DNA of 64,000 nucleotides, from positions 186,001 through 250,000 of IMG/VR virus record IMGVR_UViG_3300030419_008158; one strand, written 5' to 3'. The notes beneath the pieces were generated by a model that saw only the letters and a list, made by a program, of their open reading frames with translations, was not told the origin of the DNA and made no database searches. The position numbers and the translations under genes are program-made. Numbering within the stretch: position 1 is the stretch's first letter; each line of letters opens with the position of its first letter. Positions 1 through 9,360 of the stretch are shown here, piece by piece.

Positions 1-140
1 TGCGCCTTGCCCAGCCAGTCGGTGGCCGCTTGTTTTGACCCCTTTGCCGGCCAGAATGGTGCGTGCTTATCTCGCCTCTCGAGAAGACGGGCCTTCTCTT
101 CTTTGATGATTCTTCTGAGTTGTCGCTTTGAGATTCTCAT
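1..140 (-). CDS. leader-family A protein, partial (runs off window)
   Basis: Translated by hand: MRISKRQLRRIIKEEKARLLERRDKH...; not in ORF track. Confidence 0.8.
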   Translation of the reverse strand, partial: MRISKRQLRRIIKEEKARLLERRDKHAPFWPAKGSKQAATDWLGKA

Positions 141-143
141 TAT

Positions 144-344
144 CTATGCTTCTGCCTCTATAGTACCTTGTTCATATCCAGCATCATACGCCTGTGGATA
201 TGTTGAGCGATCAGCATCGTTTGGATACCCCTGATAAGCATCATCATACCCGCGATCGTACTCTTGATCTTCATCCCTGTTGGGGCTCATCATTCTAATC
301 TCTTCCTTGATGATCCTTCGCAGTTGTCGCTTGGTGATTCTCAC
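144..344 (-). CDS. leader-family A small acidic protein
   Basis: MRITKRQLRRIIKEE leader; YDxGY repeats; AGAGGA RBS. Confidence 0.8.
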   Translation of the reverse strand: MRITKRQLRRIIKEEIRMMSPNRDEDQEYDRGYDDAYQGYPNDADRSTYPQAYDAGYEQGTIEAEA

Positions 345-357
345 GGTTTATCCTCTT

Positions 358-966
358 TTAAGCTCTAAAGGCATCTCGAACATAGTCGGTTGCGTAGTCA
401 ACGGCAGATTCCTTTTCGCCCTCAGACTCGGCGTACTCAATATTAGCAAGGGCATCGAGTGCCTCATCAACCTCAAACCCCGTACCCAAGTTTCGAACCA
501 TGTCTTCCAATTGAGCCAATGTTGCTGAATCGTTAGGGTTTCGTGATAGCTTGCTCAGCAGATCACTAGCTTGATCGTAAGTTGCTCGGCCACCAGATCG
601 ATTGTCGTCTACTACGTCCTGCACAAATGCGATCATTTGGTCAATAGGTTGTGATGGAGTATCAGAGTCTTCTTCGGAAACTGTGTGATAGCCTGCAGCT
701 TTAAGAGTGTTTAGCGACTGCAACTGTGCTTCAACACCGTCACGGGGCACCGGGCCGCCACCAAACTGCCTAGCAACATCATCATCGGTCATTGCGACGT
801 TATTTCCGTCTAGATACCAAAAACCCTGTGCTAAATCAGCATGACCCTTTTTGTCCATCTGCTCCATCAATCTTCTGCGCACAATTCTACGAATCTTCTG
901 CTCAGCCAGAACTTTGGCTTTCTCTTCTTTGATGATTTGTCTTAGTTGTCGCTTGGAGATTTTCAT
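358..966 (-). CDS. leader-family A protein (double leader)
   Basis: MKISKRQLRQIIKEEKAKVLAEQKIRRIVRRRLME; AAGGA RBS. Confidence 0.85.
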   Translation of the reverse strand: MKISKRQLRQIIKEEKAKVLAEQKIRRIVRRRLMEQMDKKGHADLAQGFWYLDGNNVAMTDDDVARQFGGGPVPRDGVEAQLQSLNTLKAAGYHTVSEEDSDTPSQPIDQMIAFVQDVVDDNRSGGRATYDQASDLLSKLSRNPNDSATLAQLEDMVRNLGTGFEVDEALDALANIEYAESEGEKESAVDYATDYVRDAFRA

Positions 967-981
967 GTTGTTTTTTCCTTC

Positions 982-1371
982 TTACGTCATCTCGACAAAT
1001 TCGTCAAAGTCACCAGCTGCGTAAGGATCACCCCCTGCATACCAGTTGACAAACCAGTCCTTGAGCATTCCAACATCACCCGCGACGTCGAGCATGCTGT
1101 ACCCGCTTGGGCCGGTCCCCCTGTCTGTAAATCTCAGACCACGATATCGGGGGTTTCTTGTCATCTGCTTGAATGGACCACTCTCATCACGTATTTCCCC
1201 GTGTTCGTCCATCATGTCTAGGCCTCGAATTATTCCCTGTTGACCGGTTGGCTCAGCTGGTCCTCGCATCTTGATAGCTTGTTCAGCGATACGACGGACC
1301 TTCTGTTCAGCCAGGACCTTGGCTTTCTCTTCTTTGATAATTCTTCGAAGCTGTTTCTTTGTGATTCTCAT
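982..1371 (-). CDS. leader-family A protein
   Basis: Start trimmed to MRITKKQLRRIIKEE; TAATG overlap with upstream gene. Confidence 0.8.
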   Translation of the reverse strand: MRITKKQLRRIIKEEKAKVLAEQKVRRIAEQAIKMRGPAEPTGQQGIIRGLDMMDEHGEIRDESGPFKQMTRNPRYRGLRFTDRGTGPSGYSMLDVAGDVGMLKDWFVNWYAGGDPYAAGDFDEFVEMT

Positions 1372-1784
1372 TAGAAAAAAGCTCCTATTATGTTTAGCCA
1401 TGTGTCAAGGGTAAATCTGTCGCCGGCATCTGGGTCCATTTCGTCCGCAAGCTCATCGTCCCTGACATGCGTTACACCGTATGTGGATCTAAGCCAGTTG
1501 GCCAGCGCGACATGATCAGCCTTTGAGTCCAGATCTCCTTCCCACCAGACTGTCTTAATGCCTGGCTTGAGCTCAGGATGTGAGTCTGGGTATTGAATTA
1601 CAATACCGGAATTTTCAAGAGTACCAAGGCCGCTGGGAGGCGATCTGTAGTCTATCACTAGTGTTTCACCACCAGCCTGCTCCAATAGTTTCCTGCGGAC
1701 AATTCGACGGACCTTCTGCTCAGCCAGAACTTTGGTCTTCTCTTCTTTGACTATTCTTCTAAGTTGTCTTTTTGTGATTTTCAT
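1371..1784 (-). CDS. leader-family A protein (double leader)
   Basis: Start trimmed to MKITKRQLRRIVKEEKTKVLAEQKVRRIVRRKLLE. Confidence 0.8.
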   Translation of the reverse strand: MKITKRQLRRIVKEEKTKVLAEQKVRRIVRRKLLEQAGGETLVIDYRSPPSGLGTLENSGIVIQYPDSHPELKPGIKTVWWEGDLDSKADHVALANWLRSTYGVTHVRDDELADEMDPDAGDRFTLDTWLNIIGAFF

Positions 1785-1795
1785 TCTGTATCCTT

Positions 1796-1912
1796 TTATG
1801 CTACGTTGCACTTGCCCAGGCAGCTCTCACACGAGCAACAACCGCAGCAGCAGCAGCAGTGTGAAGATTTAAATAAGTTGCGTAGACGATGAAAAAATAG
1901 ATTTGCTGACAT
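1796..1912 (-). CDS. 38-aa cysteine-rich peptide (10 Cys)
   Basis: MSANLFFHRLRNLFKSSHCCCCCGCCSCESCLGKCNVA; AGGAG RBS 8 nt upstream; fills the intergenic gap. Confidence 0.7.
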   Translation of the reverse strand: MSANLFFHRLRNLFKSSHCCCCCGCCSCESCLGKCNVA

Positions 1913-1945
1913 GGCGTCATCTCCTGTGGTTTGTATTACGAGATG

Positions 1946-1952
1946 TAAATAT
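1946..1952 (-). promoter_or_regulatory. ATAYTTA motif (putative late promoter)
   Basis: ATATTTA about 34 nt upstream of 1912 start. Confidence 0.5.
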
Positions 1953-1985
1953 CACAGTGCGGAGAAAATGCCGCTTGCGGCGAGA

Positions 1986-2396
1986 TCATTTTTCTCCGCG
2001 AGCCTCGTCGATGGCCTCAAGTGTCTTGGTCAGAATTTGCAGCGCGAGATTGTCTTTGTCCGCTGCTTTGCTCATTTTGTGAAGAGCTTCGACCAGATCA
2101 CCCATTTGATCGGCGTTCTCTTTAATTCGACCGATCGCATCATCGAGCGCCTGAAATTGATCGTCGTGTGCTTGCGCTTTTAGAACCATCATATCCTGTG
2201 TGCTCATGCTCGGCGCGGAATAGTGATTCTGAACGACGGAGCTTTCCTCACGATCAGATCTTTCGGCGACGGGCGCTGATGAAGGGGACGTCGACGTGTC
2301 CTGGACTCTCTCTGGATGTTGCTGCGTCTTCGACGACTCTTGCGCCGGCTGCACAACGTATGGATTTAGAAGCGGTGATACTGAACTGACTGTCAT
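1986..2396 (-). CDS. hypothetical protein, low-complexity N-terminus and helical C-terminus
   Basis: ORF track 1986..2450; start trimmed to MTVSSV. Confidence 0.65.
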   Translation of the reverse strand: MTVSSVSPLLNPYVVQPAQESSKTQQHPERVQDTSTSPSSAPVAERSDREESSVVQNHYSAPSMSTQDMMVLKAQAHDDQFQALDDAIGRIKENADQMGDLVEALHKMSKAADKDNLALQILTKTLEAIDEARGEK

Positions 2397-2453
2397 TTTT
2401 GGCCTGTGTCTTTCCCGGTCGGGATCATAACCTGTCAAGGGCAAATACAACGC

Positions 2454-2460
2454 TAAGTAT
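2454..2460 (-). promoter_or_regulatory. ATAYTTA motif (putative late promoter)
   Basis: ATACTTA upstream of 2396 start; a TTGTAC-N17-TATAAT variant also lies at 2494..2522. Confidence 0.45.
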
Positions 2461-2779
2461 CCTTTTTCATGCGCGCAAGCTTGCGCCTATAAAATTATAC
2501 TCGAAATCGACAACCTGTACAACAATATTCTTAAGAGCCGGCTGTGCCGGCTCGAGCGAGCTAGCGCAGAAGAAAAGAGGCCGCGGCCTCGTCATCCCGT
2601 GGCGCGAAACGCCACCAAATCCGAGGCCAAACAGATGTCAACCCGTTTTCGACACCGCGTAGAGGCTCCAGATTGAATCCAGAAAGCTCTAGGTGTGTCT
2701 CTAATGAATCGGGCATGGAAAAATGGGTTTACCTAAGGGGCGTTCGATAAGATTCCTTAGAAGATCACCCAGAGCGAGA

Positions 2780-3217
2780 TCAAGTCGACCGGTCCCAGGG
2801 ACGATTTCGAGTTCCGCCGCCGTAGGGTTTTTTCGGTCGAGGTTTGGGTGGGTTCGCCGCTCTTTTCTGCTTGAGCGCGTCCCGATAGGCCAGCACCAGA
2901 TCTTTTAGCTCGGCGCCGGTCGGATATTCTATCCCGGGGCGCATTTTTCTCGCGTGAAAGGACGCCGCGTTCGGACTAACGCCCAAAGCGCCAGCCAATT
3001 CGCGCGCCGCTTGCACGTCTCCGGGCGCCGCGACCATGCCGCTCCACAGCCTCGCCAAATCGTCCAACTCGCCGTCGGATCGTCTTGAGAGAAAACCCAA
3101 CCAACTTTTTAGCGCGAGGTCTCCCTCTCGGCGCAGCCGATCGAACTCCTCGATCGCGTCTTGAGTCTCCAGGGTTTCGGCAATGATCCGCCGCAGCTGT
3201 TTTCTTGTGATCTTCAT
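2780..3217 (-). CDS. leader-family A protein
   Basis: MKITRKQLRRIIAETLE leader. Confidence 0.8.
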   Translation of the reverse strand: MKITRKQLRRIIAETLETQDAIEEFDRLRREGDLALKSWLGFLSRRSDGELDDLARLWSGMVAAPGDVQAARELAGALGVSPNAASFHARKMRPGIEYPTGAELKDLVLAYRDALKQKRAANPPKPRPKKPYGGGTRNRPWDRST

Positions 3218-3423
3218 TCTATGCACCCCGTTTTTCGGCAGTCGCCCGCGTGTTTAGCGCAGGGATCTTTCTTCATGTCTCGATTTAGAATGGTTCGACC
3301 CTTGGGAGCCCGAAGGCCCGCAATGAGCTCCTCGAACAGCTTTGGGTCCAGACCGGGAGGTGTGCCCTCCAGCTTTTCGGCTAGCTCGCGTATTTCGGCG
3401 AGACGACTCTTTCTATCGCTCAT
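3214..3423 (-). CDS. hypothetical protein
   Basis: MSDRKSRL...; GGAGA RBS; ATGA overlap downstream. Confidence 0.6.
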   Translation of the reverse strand: MSDRKSRLAEIRELAEKLEGTPPGLDPKLFEELIAGLRAPKGRTILNRDMKKDPCAKHAGDCRKTGCIE

Positions 3424-3425
3424 AT

Positions 3426-3746
3426 TCAGTTCTCCAATTCTTGTCTGTGCAGCTTGTAGCCCAAGTGATCCTCGATCTCGTGCATGTCGTCCAACATGGC
3501 AGCTAGCTTCGACCGCACCCACTCGGGCAAATGGTCGTCGTCCTCCAATCGATCGTGCAGAGACTGCGCTCTGCTGGCGATATTGAAAAGAGCTCCCCGC
3601 GACATTCGCGCGACTCCGCTGTCGATGGGATGGCCGACAGGATCGACTTTGGGCGCAGCACTCGCCGGCGGCAACGCTAACGCGCCCGCCTCCGCGGCCA
3701 CGCACTCCCTAACAATATTTCTCAGTAGACCTCTCGTGGCGCTCAT
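3426..3746 (-). CDS. phage protein with LPEWVRSKL helical motif and degenerate leader
   Basis: GLLRNIVRE leader; RMSRGALFNIA...LPEWVRSKLA resembles a motif recurrent in large-phage hypothetical proteins. Confidence 0.7.
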   Translation of the reverse strand: MSATRGLLRNIVRECVAAEAGALALPPASAAPKVDPVGHPIDSGVARMSRGALFNIASRAQSLHDRLEDDDHLPEWVRSKLAAMLDDMHEIEDHLGYKLHRQELEN

Positions 3747-3748
3747 TT

Positions 3749-4453
3749 TCAGCTCTCCTCGGAGCGATCGACGACAGCGTTCGCGCTCTCCAGAGCATCC
3801 AAAACAATGGCGCCCTCCTCACCCAAAGAATCAGCCAATCGCGATAAGCGGCGGTGCGCGATGTCCAGCGCGTTCGGGTTCTGTCTGAGCACTAGGTCCG
3901 CGAACTCCTCGTCCGCCCCGAACTGCACGTACATGTTCACAACGGCTTCCACCTGCTCCTGCACGGCGCCGCCCAGCTTGGCGTACTCCCGAGCAAAGTC
4001 GATAAGCAGGGAGCCCGACTCCTCTTCGCCACCAAAACCGTACTGCTCCGAGACAAGGCTGAGGTTGGTGTTCTTGCGGAAATTTCGACCCTCGCGCACT
4101 ACTGCCAGATACCCACCCGGAAATCCTGTCTTGAATCCTAGTTGTTCCAAGTACGCCTGGAACTCGTACGTGCGATCGCTGCTTCCGAAGCCCTCCTCGC
4201 TGTCCGCCAAGCTGTATGCCAGGTCGTCCGCGAAGTCCACGGCCATGGTGTTGATTCTCTGTCTCCCCACCGACTCGATCTCTTCGGGTGTGAGCAGATC
4301 TTCGGCGGTTCGCACGTATTCGCCCGGGTACACGACGTACTGGGTGTACTCGTCGGGGCCGTTGGCACCGAGGCCTCCGCGCTCGTCGAGCCTCCGCGTG
4401 AAAGCGGACTGCGCGCGCACGATCTCTCTAATCATCTCTTTGGAAATTTTCAT
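3749..4453 (-). CDS. leader-family A-like acidic protein
   Basis: MKISKEMIREIVR leader; 234-aa ORF. Confidence 0.75.
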   Translation of the reverse strand: MKISKEMIREIVRAQSAFTRRLDERGGLGANGPDEYTQYVVYPGEYVRTAEDLLTPEEIESVGRQRINTMAVDFADDLAYSLADSEEGFGSSDRTYEFQAYLEQLGFKTGFPGGYLAVVREGRNFRKNTNLSLVSEQYGFGGEEESGSLLIDFAREYAKLGGAVQEQVEAVVNMYVQFGADEEFADLVLRQNPNALDIAHRRLSRLADSLGEEGAIVLDALESANAVVDRSEES

Positions 4454-4503
4454 GAACGGAGTGGCTCCTGTCTTTTAGCATCTTGCAAGTCGATGTCTGA
4501 GGG

Positions 4504-4510
4504 TAAGTAT
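4504..4510 (-). promoter_or_regulatory. ATAYTTA motif (putative late promoter)
   Basis: ATACTTA about 51 nt upstream of 4453 start. Confidence 0.5.
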
Positions 4511-4789
4511 GGCCTGAACGGGGAATTGTGTCTTTCGGAAAATTTTTTGAGAACTAGGGCCCTTTGCGACGGAAATCTTCCGGAAAAAAATTTTTCGAAG
4601 AGACCCCTTTTGAAACTGTCGGCGCTCCCAAAATTTTTTTTTGACTTGGGACCTAGCCCATTTTGGCCCTAATGTACACTGAGTTTGGGCCCCTTTTTTG
4701 GGCCCCCTGGGAGGGGCTCTAGAAGGCCCCCCGAAAGACCCCCCTTTGCCGGGCCCCCTGTATGCCTTTTGCCAGCTCGAGCCAGCCAT

Positions 4790-4822
4790 AAAAAAAGGGG
4801 CCCGATCCGAAGACGGGGCCCC
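4790..4822 (-). terminator. intrinsic terminator
   Basis: GGGGCCC-stem with cUUCGg loop followed by T7. Confidence 0.75.
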
Positions 4823-4863
4823 TAAAGAGCTAGCCGCGCCGGAGTCGGCGCCGCTCGGAGAGA

Positions 4864-5610
4864 TTAGGCAGAAATCTTGGCCACCACCTTGAAGCCGTTC
4901 TTCTTGAGGTCCAGGTAGAAGCGGTGACCCGCGCCACCGAACCGGTTCTTGGTCATCTCGAGGATTCGGCAGCCGAACAGCTCGGACCGCTGGTCCTCCT
5001 CGACCGTGAGCTCCATCATCGCGTCGACCATGTGCTTGAGCACGTTCCGACCCGCAAACTTTCCGTTTTTACCGACCTGGCCGATGACGATGGCGCAGGT
5101 GTTGTTCTCCTTGCACCAGTTCGTGATGAGCGACAGAGCGCGCTCCGGAGAGCGGCTGTTGGTCGAACCGTCGGCGTACTTGCCGTCGTCCATGGTCTGG
5201 AGGCTGTCCACCACGAGGACGAACTGCTTGTTGGGGTGCTTCGCTCGAAGCTTGTCACAGTTCTCGAGCAGCGTGGGGACGTGAATCTCCTCGCCCACCG
5301 CGAAACCGTTCTTGAGGCGGAGTCGCTCCGCTGTAAGCTTGACCTGGTAGAGACTCTCCTCACCGGTGTTGAAGACCCCGATGGCTCCGTTGCCCACCAG
5401 GCTGTCCACCAGCTTGAGCATCATTGTCGTCTTTCCCGCGCCCGGAGTTCCGGTGAACAAGGTCACCGACGAGGGCGTGATACCTTGACCGCCGAACGAG
5501 CCGTCGATGTAGTCCACGTGGGTCTTGATCCGAGTGCGAAGCGCCTTGGGCACCTCCACGTCCAGGATGTTAGTGCCAAAATCGAATCCGTTCTTAGTGT
5601 TGAGCTTCAT
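4864..5610 (-). CDS. RadA/Sms-like RecA-fold ATPase (ATPase domain only)
   Basis: GTPGAGKTT, GEES, VVDSLQT, HMVD, KNRFG signature; no Zn finger or Lon-like domain. Confidence 0.85.
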   Translation of the reverse strand: MKLNTKNGFDFGTNILDVEVPKALRTRIKTHVDYIDGSFGGQGITPSSVTLFTGTPGAGKTTMMLKLVDSLVGNGAIGVFNTGEESLYQVKLTAERLRLKNGFAVGEEIHVPTLLENCDKLRAKHPNKQFVLVVDSLQTMDDGKYADGSTNSRSPERALSLITNWCKENNTCAIVIGQVGKNGKFAGRNVLKHMVDAMMELTVEEDQRSELFGCRILEMTKNRFGGAGHRFYLDLKKNGFKVVAKISA

Positions 5611-5683
5611 TATCTCTCTCTCTCCAGTGTCGTGGTCTCTCGACCGGTTTAGCTCTCCGTCCCCTCTCCCCGGGAACATATCT

Positions 5684-5712
5684 ATTATACACCATGTGTT
5701 TGGCGCTTACAC
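5684..5712 (-). promoter_or_regulatory. GTGTAA-N17-TATAAT promoter
   Basis: Exact motif, repeated across window. Confidence 0.8.
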
Positions 5713-5716
5713 GTTT

Positions 5717-6235
5717 TTACTCACTTATTGGACTGACACTGAACTTTTTGTGCCATTCCTCGACACCGTTGACCAGCAGGCGCACGTAGGAGTCTTCCAT
5801 GCCGCGCTTGATCCAAGCAGGGCGGTTCTTCTTGCTGCGCCCGGGCCTAGAATCATCTTCTGCTACCACAATCCCGATATCGCCGTTCTTCGTCTCCATG
5901 AGATTCCCCGGGGAAAAGTCCGCGGACCACTCGACCTTGACCTCTTTGTGGGTTACTTCGGACAGCGCCTCTCGGTCGACAATCTGTATTCGATTGGTGA
6001 TGTTCTTCTTGGACTTACGCTTATGCTTTCTGCGCGCCTTAGCATTCTCGAACGCCACCTCTGAGGGTTGTGGGTTTTCTTCCAGCCACCGGTCATACTC
6101 GAGACCAGATATTTCGCCAGCGTTGAGCTTGTCTGTCATTTCTGCCAAACCCTGCTCCCACTCAGCGTCTCTGTTCTCTCTCGCTTGAGCTAGCACGTCC
6201 TGTTGGTGAAATCCTCTTATGTGTCTAGACATCAT
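5717..6235 (-). CDS. hypothetical protein with C-terminal SH3/KOW-like module
   Basis: FSPGNLMETKNGDIGIVV; AGGAG RBS. Confidence 0.7.
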   Translation of the reverse strand: MMSRHIRGFHQQDVLAQARENRDAEWEQGLAEMTDKLNAGEISGLEYDRWLEENPQPSEVAFENAKARRKHKRKSKKNITNRIQIVDREALSEVTHKEVKVEWSADFSPGNLMETKNGDIGIVVAEDDSRPGRSKKNRPAWIKRGMEDSYVRLLVNGVEEWHKKFSVSPISE

Positions 6236-6271
6236 ATTCTCCTGTTATCCCCTCTCCCTGGGTACATTTTT

Positions 6272-6300
6272 ATTATATCCTACCCCGGGCCGGATTACAC
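6272..6300 (-). promoter_or_regulatory. GTGTAA-N17-TATAAT promoter
   Basis: Exact motif. Confidence 0.8.
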
Positions 6301-6352
6301 AAAAAAAAAGACCGGCTGGAATCCCGGAGAGAGAGTGGGAAACCAGCCGGTC
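6301..6352 (-). terminator. intrinsic terminator abutting next promoter
   Basis: GACCGGCTGG...CCAGCCGGTC stem followed by T9. Confidence 0.75.
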
Positions 6353-6401
6353 GCGAAGGGCGATACGGTATATTGGGAGAGCCGAACCGCCCGGGAGAAC
6401 C

Positions 6402-7487
6402 TTAGCTATTGCTCAGCTCGCGAGCCTTTCGAATCAGCTCAACAATCTCGTTACCGACCCGAGCATGGAGTGCCTTGATGGGACCCATGTTCTTGGTAGC
6501 CATGATTGCGTTCCACATGTGAACCATCTGCTCGGAGGGAAGACACCGAGCGAAATCAACCACGTTGTCCGCCTGGTTGTCGTCCCAGTCGTTCTTCGAA
6601 GCGTGGTCCACGATCTTGTCCAGAACGGTGAGGCTCTCACTGGCCTTCATCTTCTTGGCAACCTTAGCTGACACGTTTCCGGACAGCACATCATCCGCAC
6701 TGATTTGCTTCTCGTACTTGGCAACGAACTCAGAAAAAGCGATCGCAGCCTCGGTACCGACGAACCCTTGTGCCAGGGCGTAGAATCCCTCGGGACGTGA
6801 GCCGGCAACAGAGCTGGGCGACCAGCCCATGTGCTGGAGGCTGGTGTCCAACCGGTGCCAAGAAGCAGGGTTGGGAGCGATCGTACCGGGCTCAACAGCT
6901 CCGACATCGACTCGGAGGTGCGCAGGGTTCTGCTTGACGAAGTCGATCGTCACAGGGTCGACTCCCGCATTGGAAGCCCAGCTAGTCCAGTCGCTCGTGG
7001 TGGGCTCGAGGTCCACCGTCCAGAAGCGACGAAGAAGTGCCGGGTCCATGTCGTTGACATCGTACTCGGCGCCGTGGTTGACCGCAGCGAAAATACGAGT
7101 CTCGGGATGGAGCTCCATGGGATTACCGTCGGCATCGTTACCGAGGGACCGGTCCAAGACGACCTGGAAAAAGGCCTGCTGAACCTGAGGCATCGAGCGA
7201 TTGAGCTCATCGAGCATCACGACCACAGGCTCCCGGCAGCCTCGAACGAACCAGGAGGGGAGCACGAAGGTAGCCACACCGGACTCCTTGCTCACCTCAA
7301 AATCGGGAATACCCGTCACCTTGGACTCGTCCATGGTCGACCCACGAACATCGATGAAGGGGAGGCCGAGCTCTTTGGCTGCGGCCGCGGCCAGATGGCT
7401 CTTACCGACACCGGTCGGTCCCCGCATAAGAACAGCGATCTCTGGGGGAAGCTTCGTGGCCAGGCTTTTGAAAGTTTTGATGTCCAA
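6402..7487 (-). CDS. MoxR/dynein-related AAA+ ATPase
   Basis: GPTGVGKS Walker A, MLDELNR Walker B, AAVN sensor 1, DPALLRRF Arg finger. Confidence 0.88.
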   Translation of the reverse strand: MDIKTFKSLATKLPPEIAVLMRGPTGVGKSHLAAAAAKELGLPFIDVRGSTMDESKVTGIPDFEVSKESGVATFVLPSWFVRGCREPVVVMLDELNRSMPQVQQAFFQVVLDRSLGNDADGNPMELHPETRIFAAVNHGAEYDVNDMDPALLRRFWTVDLEPTTSDWTSWASNAGVDPVTIDFVKQNPAHLRVDVGAVEPGTIAPNPASWHRLDTSLQHMGWSPSSVAGSRPEGFYALAQGFVGTEAAIAFSEFVAKYEKQISADDVLSGNVSAKVAKKMKASESLTVLDKIVDHASKNDWDDNQADNVVDFARCLPSEQMVHMWNAIMATKNMGPIKALHARVGNEIVELIRKARELSNS

Positions 7488-7549
7488 TTCTCTCTCCTAT
7501 CTTTTGATCTTGAACGTTTCTCTTCGTTCCCCTCCCTGGGAACATATCT

Positions 7550-7578
7550 ATTATACACCAGGTGCGGTGTCTTTACAC
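7550..7578 (-). promoter_or_regulatory. GTGTAA-N17-TATAAT promoter
   Basis: Exact motif. Confidence 0.8.
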
Positions 7579-7613
7579 AAAACTAAATAACTTTTTAGTA
7601 GCAGCGAGCAAAA

Positions 7614-7826
7614 TTACACCTTTCTTAGTTCATTTTCATGAACTGTTCGAACGCGACCGGTCGAGAAGCTCATGGATATCTCTACCCATTTGCCTTTAAC
7701 GTTTAGCACCTCACCAAGCTGATCAGCGGGAATACCGTTAATCTTTGGCTGTCTCTTGGACTTCCCACGTGGGGGTGGTTGTGGCTTTACAAAAGTCACG
7801 AGGTCGCCTTCACTAAAAGATTTCAC
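7614..7826 (-). CDS. GDLV-family small SH3/KOW-like protein
   Basis: FSEGDLV...GEVL pattern; AGGAG RBS. Confidence 0.65.
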   Translation of the reverse strand: MKSFSEGDLVTFVKPQPPPRGKSKRQPKINGIPADQLGEVLNVKGKWVEISMSFSTGRVRTVHENELRKV

Positions 7827-7906
7827 TTACTTTCTCCTATCAAGTACTTCCAAATGTAAATAGCTGCCGCAAAACCTACAATTAATTCAAACACTTATGT
7901 AACCTC

Positions 7907-8125
7907 TTATGTTATCTTTTTACACACACCCTGACGGGCCAACTCACTCAACATCGTGCACGAAACATCTGTTATCTGCCCACTTTTTCTGAGTATCGTA
8001 TAGTTGTACAGCGCGTAAAGTGTGTCTCCTTTTTGAACTCTTGTCACGTCAACTATTGTGACAATTTCTGCATCCTTCGCCGAGCCTAGGAGAAGCAAGT
8101 CCCCAGGATCGTATTCGGGATTCAC
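7907..8125 (-). CDS. GDLV-family small protein
   Basis: YDPGDLL; GTGA overlap with upstream gene. Confidence 0.6.
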   Translation of the reverse strand: MNPEYDPGDLLLLGSAKDAEIVTIVDVTRVQKGDTLYALYNYTILRKSGQITDVSCTMLSELARQGVCKKIT

Positions 8126-9360
8126 GTCTTTTTGTTAGCGCGACTCATTTTCGCAACTGAATCCAGCCGGTCCGGTGCAAACAAAAGCTTTGTGCCGGGA
8201 ACCAACAGCCAGCAGCGCTTGAGCTTCGAGGGCTTTGGTTTTGCTGCCTCACCGTCTGTGATGATGATGTAGCCATCAAACCGATGACGGTTCTTGTTTG
8301 CATGAGAAGTGACACAGTCAAAATCCGTTCCACCGCAGCGGGTTCGTCCCGCCTGAGGTGTGCGATTCTTCTTCCACAGTGTCTCAGACTTCTCATCGAC
8401 TTCAGTGTCGAAATGGAACGTGGTAAACTCGGTTCTCTTTGCGAGAGAACGAAGCTCTCCGAACGCCTGCTCGAGCTCAGCATTTCCAACTGAACCGCTC
8501 TGGTCGATGTAGACCGCAATAGATGATGTGTAACCACGCTTAGCGCCGGTCGCCATGGGTCCGTGCTTCGGGTGAAGATGAACGACATTGACGTTAGACC
8601 ACGTCGTGGACCGTGTCCCTCGCTTGGACATTCCACAGAACTGCTTGAGAATGGCGCGCCAATCGACTTCATTTGAGACCATTTCTCGAAGCTTGCTGCG
8701 CATGCTGCCGCCAACAGATCCCCACTTACCCGTGCGATCTGCCTCTTTGACAGCCTCCTTGAGGACTTCTTTCATCTTGCCTTTAACAAGAGCTTTTTCC
8801 TCATCGGTCATTTCTCCCCAGCCACCGTGGTCATCGAAGCCGTTGCCCTCGCCCTCAGCTTGTTCCTTGGCTTCCTCGTCCTGCATAATCTGGGTGAAGT
8901 ACCACTCCTGAGACTTGTGCTTCGGAAGCGTGGAAATAAGCTTTGCGAGAGGGGAGTCCGCACCCGGTGACTCGGGATCGATCTCTTTGCCCGGGACGAG
9001 GCCACCATCTGGAAGCTCAGACGCTGGAATATCGGAGTTGATAGCCAGGTCAGCCGCGATGTTGGCGACGTTGTGGGGCTCGAGCTTTCGCGACGTGCAG
9101 TGCTCGAACGCCAAGTGAAAGCACTCGTGTTTGAGCAACCCCTTGACATGATTATCATTTAAGTCCGAGATGAAGTCCGGGTTGACCAGCATGTGGACGT
9201 CCGCATCCTTCACCATCACACCCGCAGTGGGAATGTCGTCGCCGAACTCGATGTTCACGCCGCGCAAAATGCGAGCGAAGAACGGCTCGTCGAACATCAT
9301 ACGCAGCAAGTGCGGTGTGAGGTCTTTGTTGTTTTCGATTCTTCGAGCTGCTTGGGTCAT
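8122..9360 (-). CDS. HExxH metallopeptidase-like plus VWA domain protein (DUF2201-type partner of MoxR ATPase)
   Basis: HECFH, NIAADLAIN, DQSGS MIDAS, GGTDF, IITDG. Confidence 0.85.
   Translation of the reverse strand: MTQAARRIENNKDLTPHLLRMMFDEPFFARILRGVNIEFGDDIPTAGVMVKDADVHMLVNPDFISDLNDNHVKGLLKHECFHLAFEHCTSRKLEPHNVANIAADLAINSDIPASELPDGGLVPGKEIDPESPGADSPLAKLISTLPKHKSQEWYFTQIMQDEEAKEQAEGEGNGFDDHGGWGEMTDEEKALVKGKMKEVLKEAVKEADRTGKWGSVGGSMRSKLREMVSNEVDWRAILKQFCGMSKRGTRSTTWSNVNVVHLHPKHGPMATGAKRGYTSSIAVYIDQSGSVGNAELEQAFGELRSLAKRTEFTTFHFDTEVDEKSETLWKKNRTPQAGRTRCGGTDFDCVTSHANKNRHRFDGYIIITDGEAAKPKPSKLKRCWLLVPGTKLLFAPDRLDSVAKMSRANKKT

Noticed and set aside
1796-1912. Streptolysin-S-like TOMM biosynthetic cluster
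   Set aside because: No YcaO, dehydrogenase, protease or transporter nearby; only the Cys run is similar
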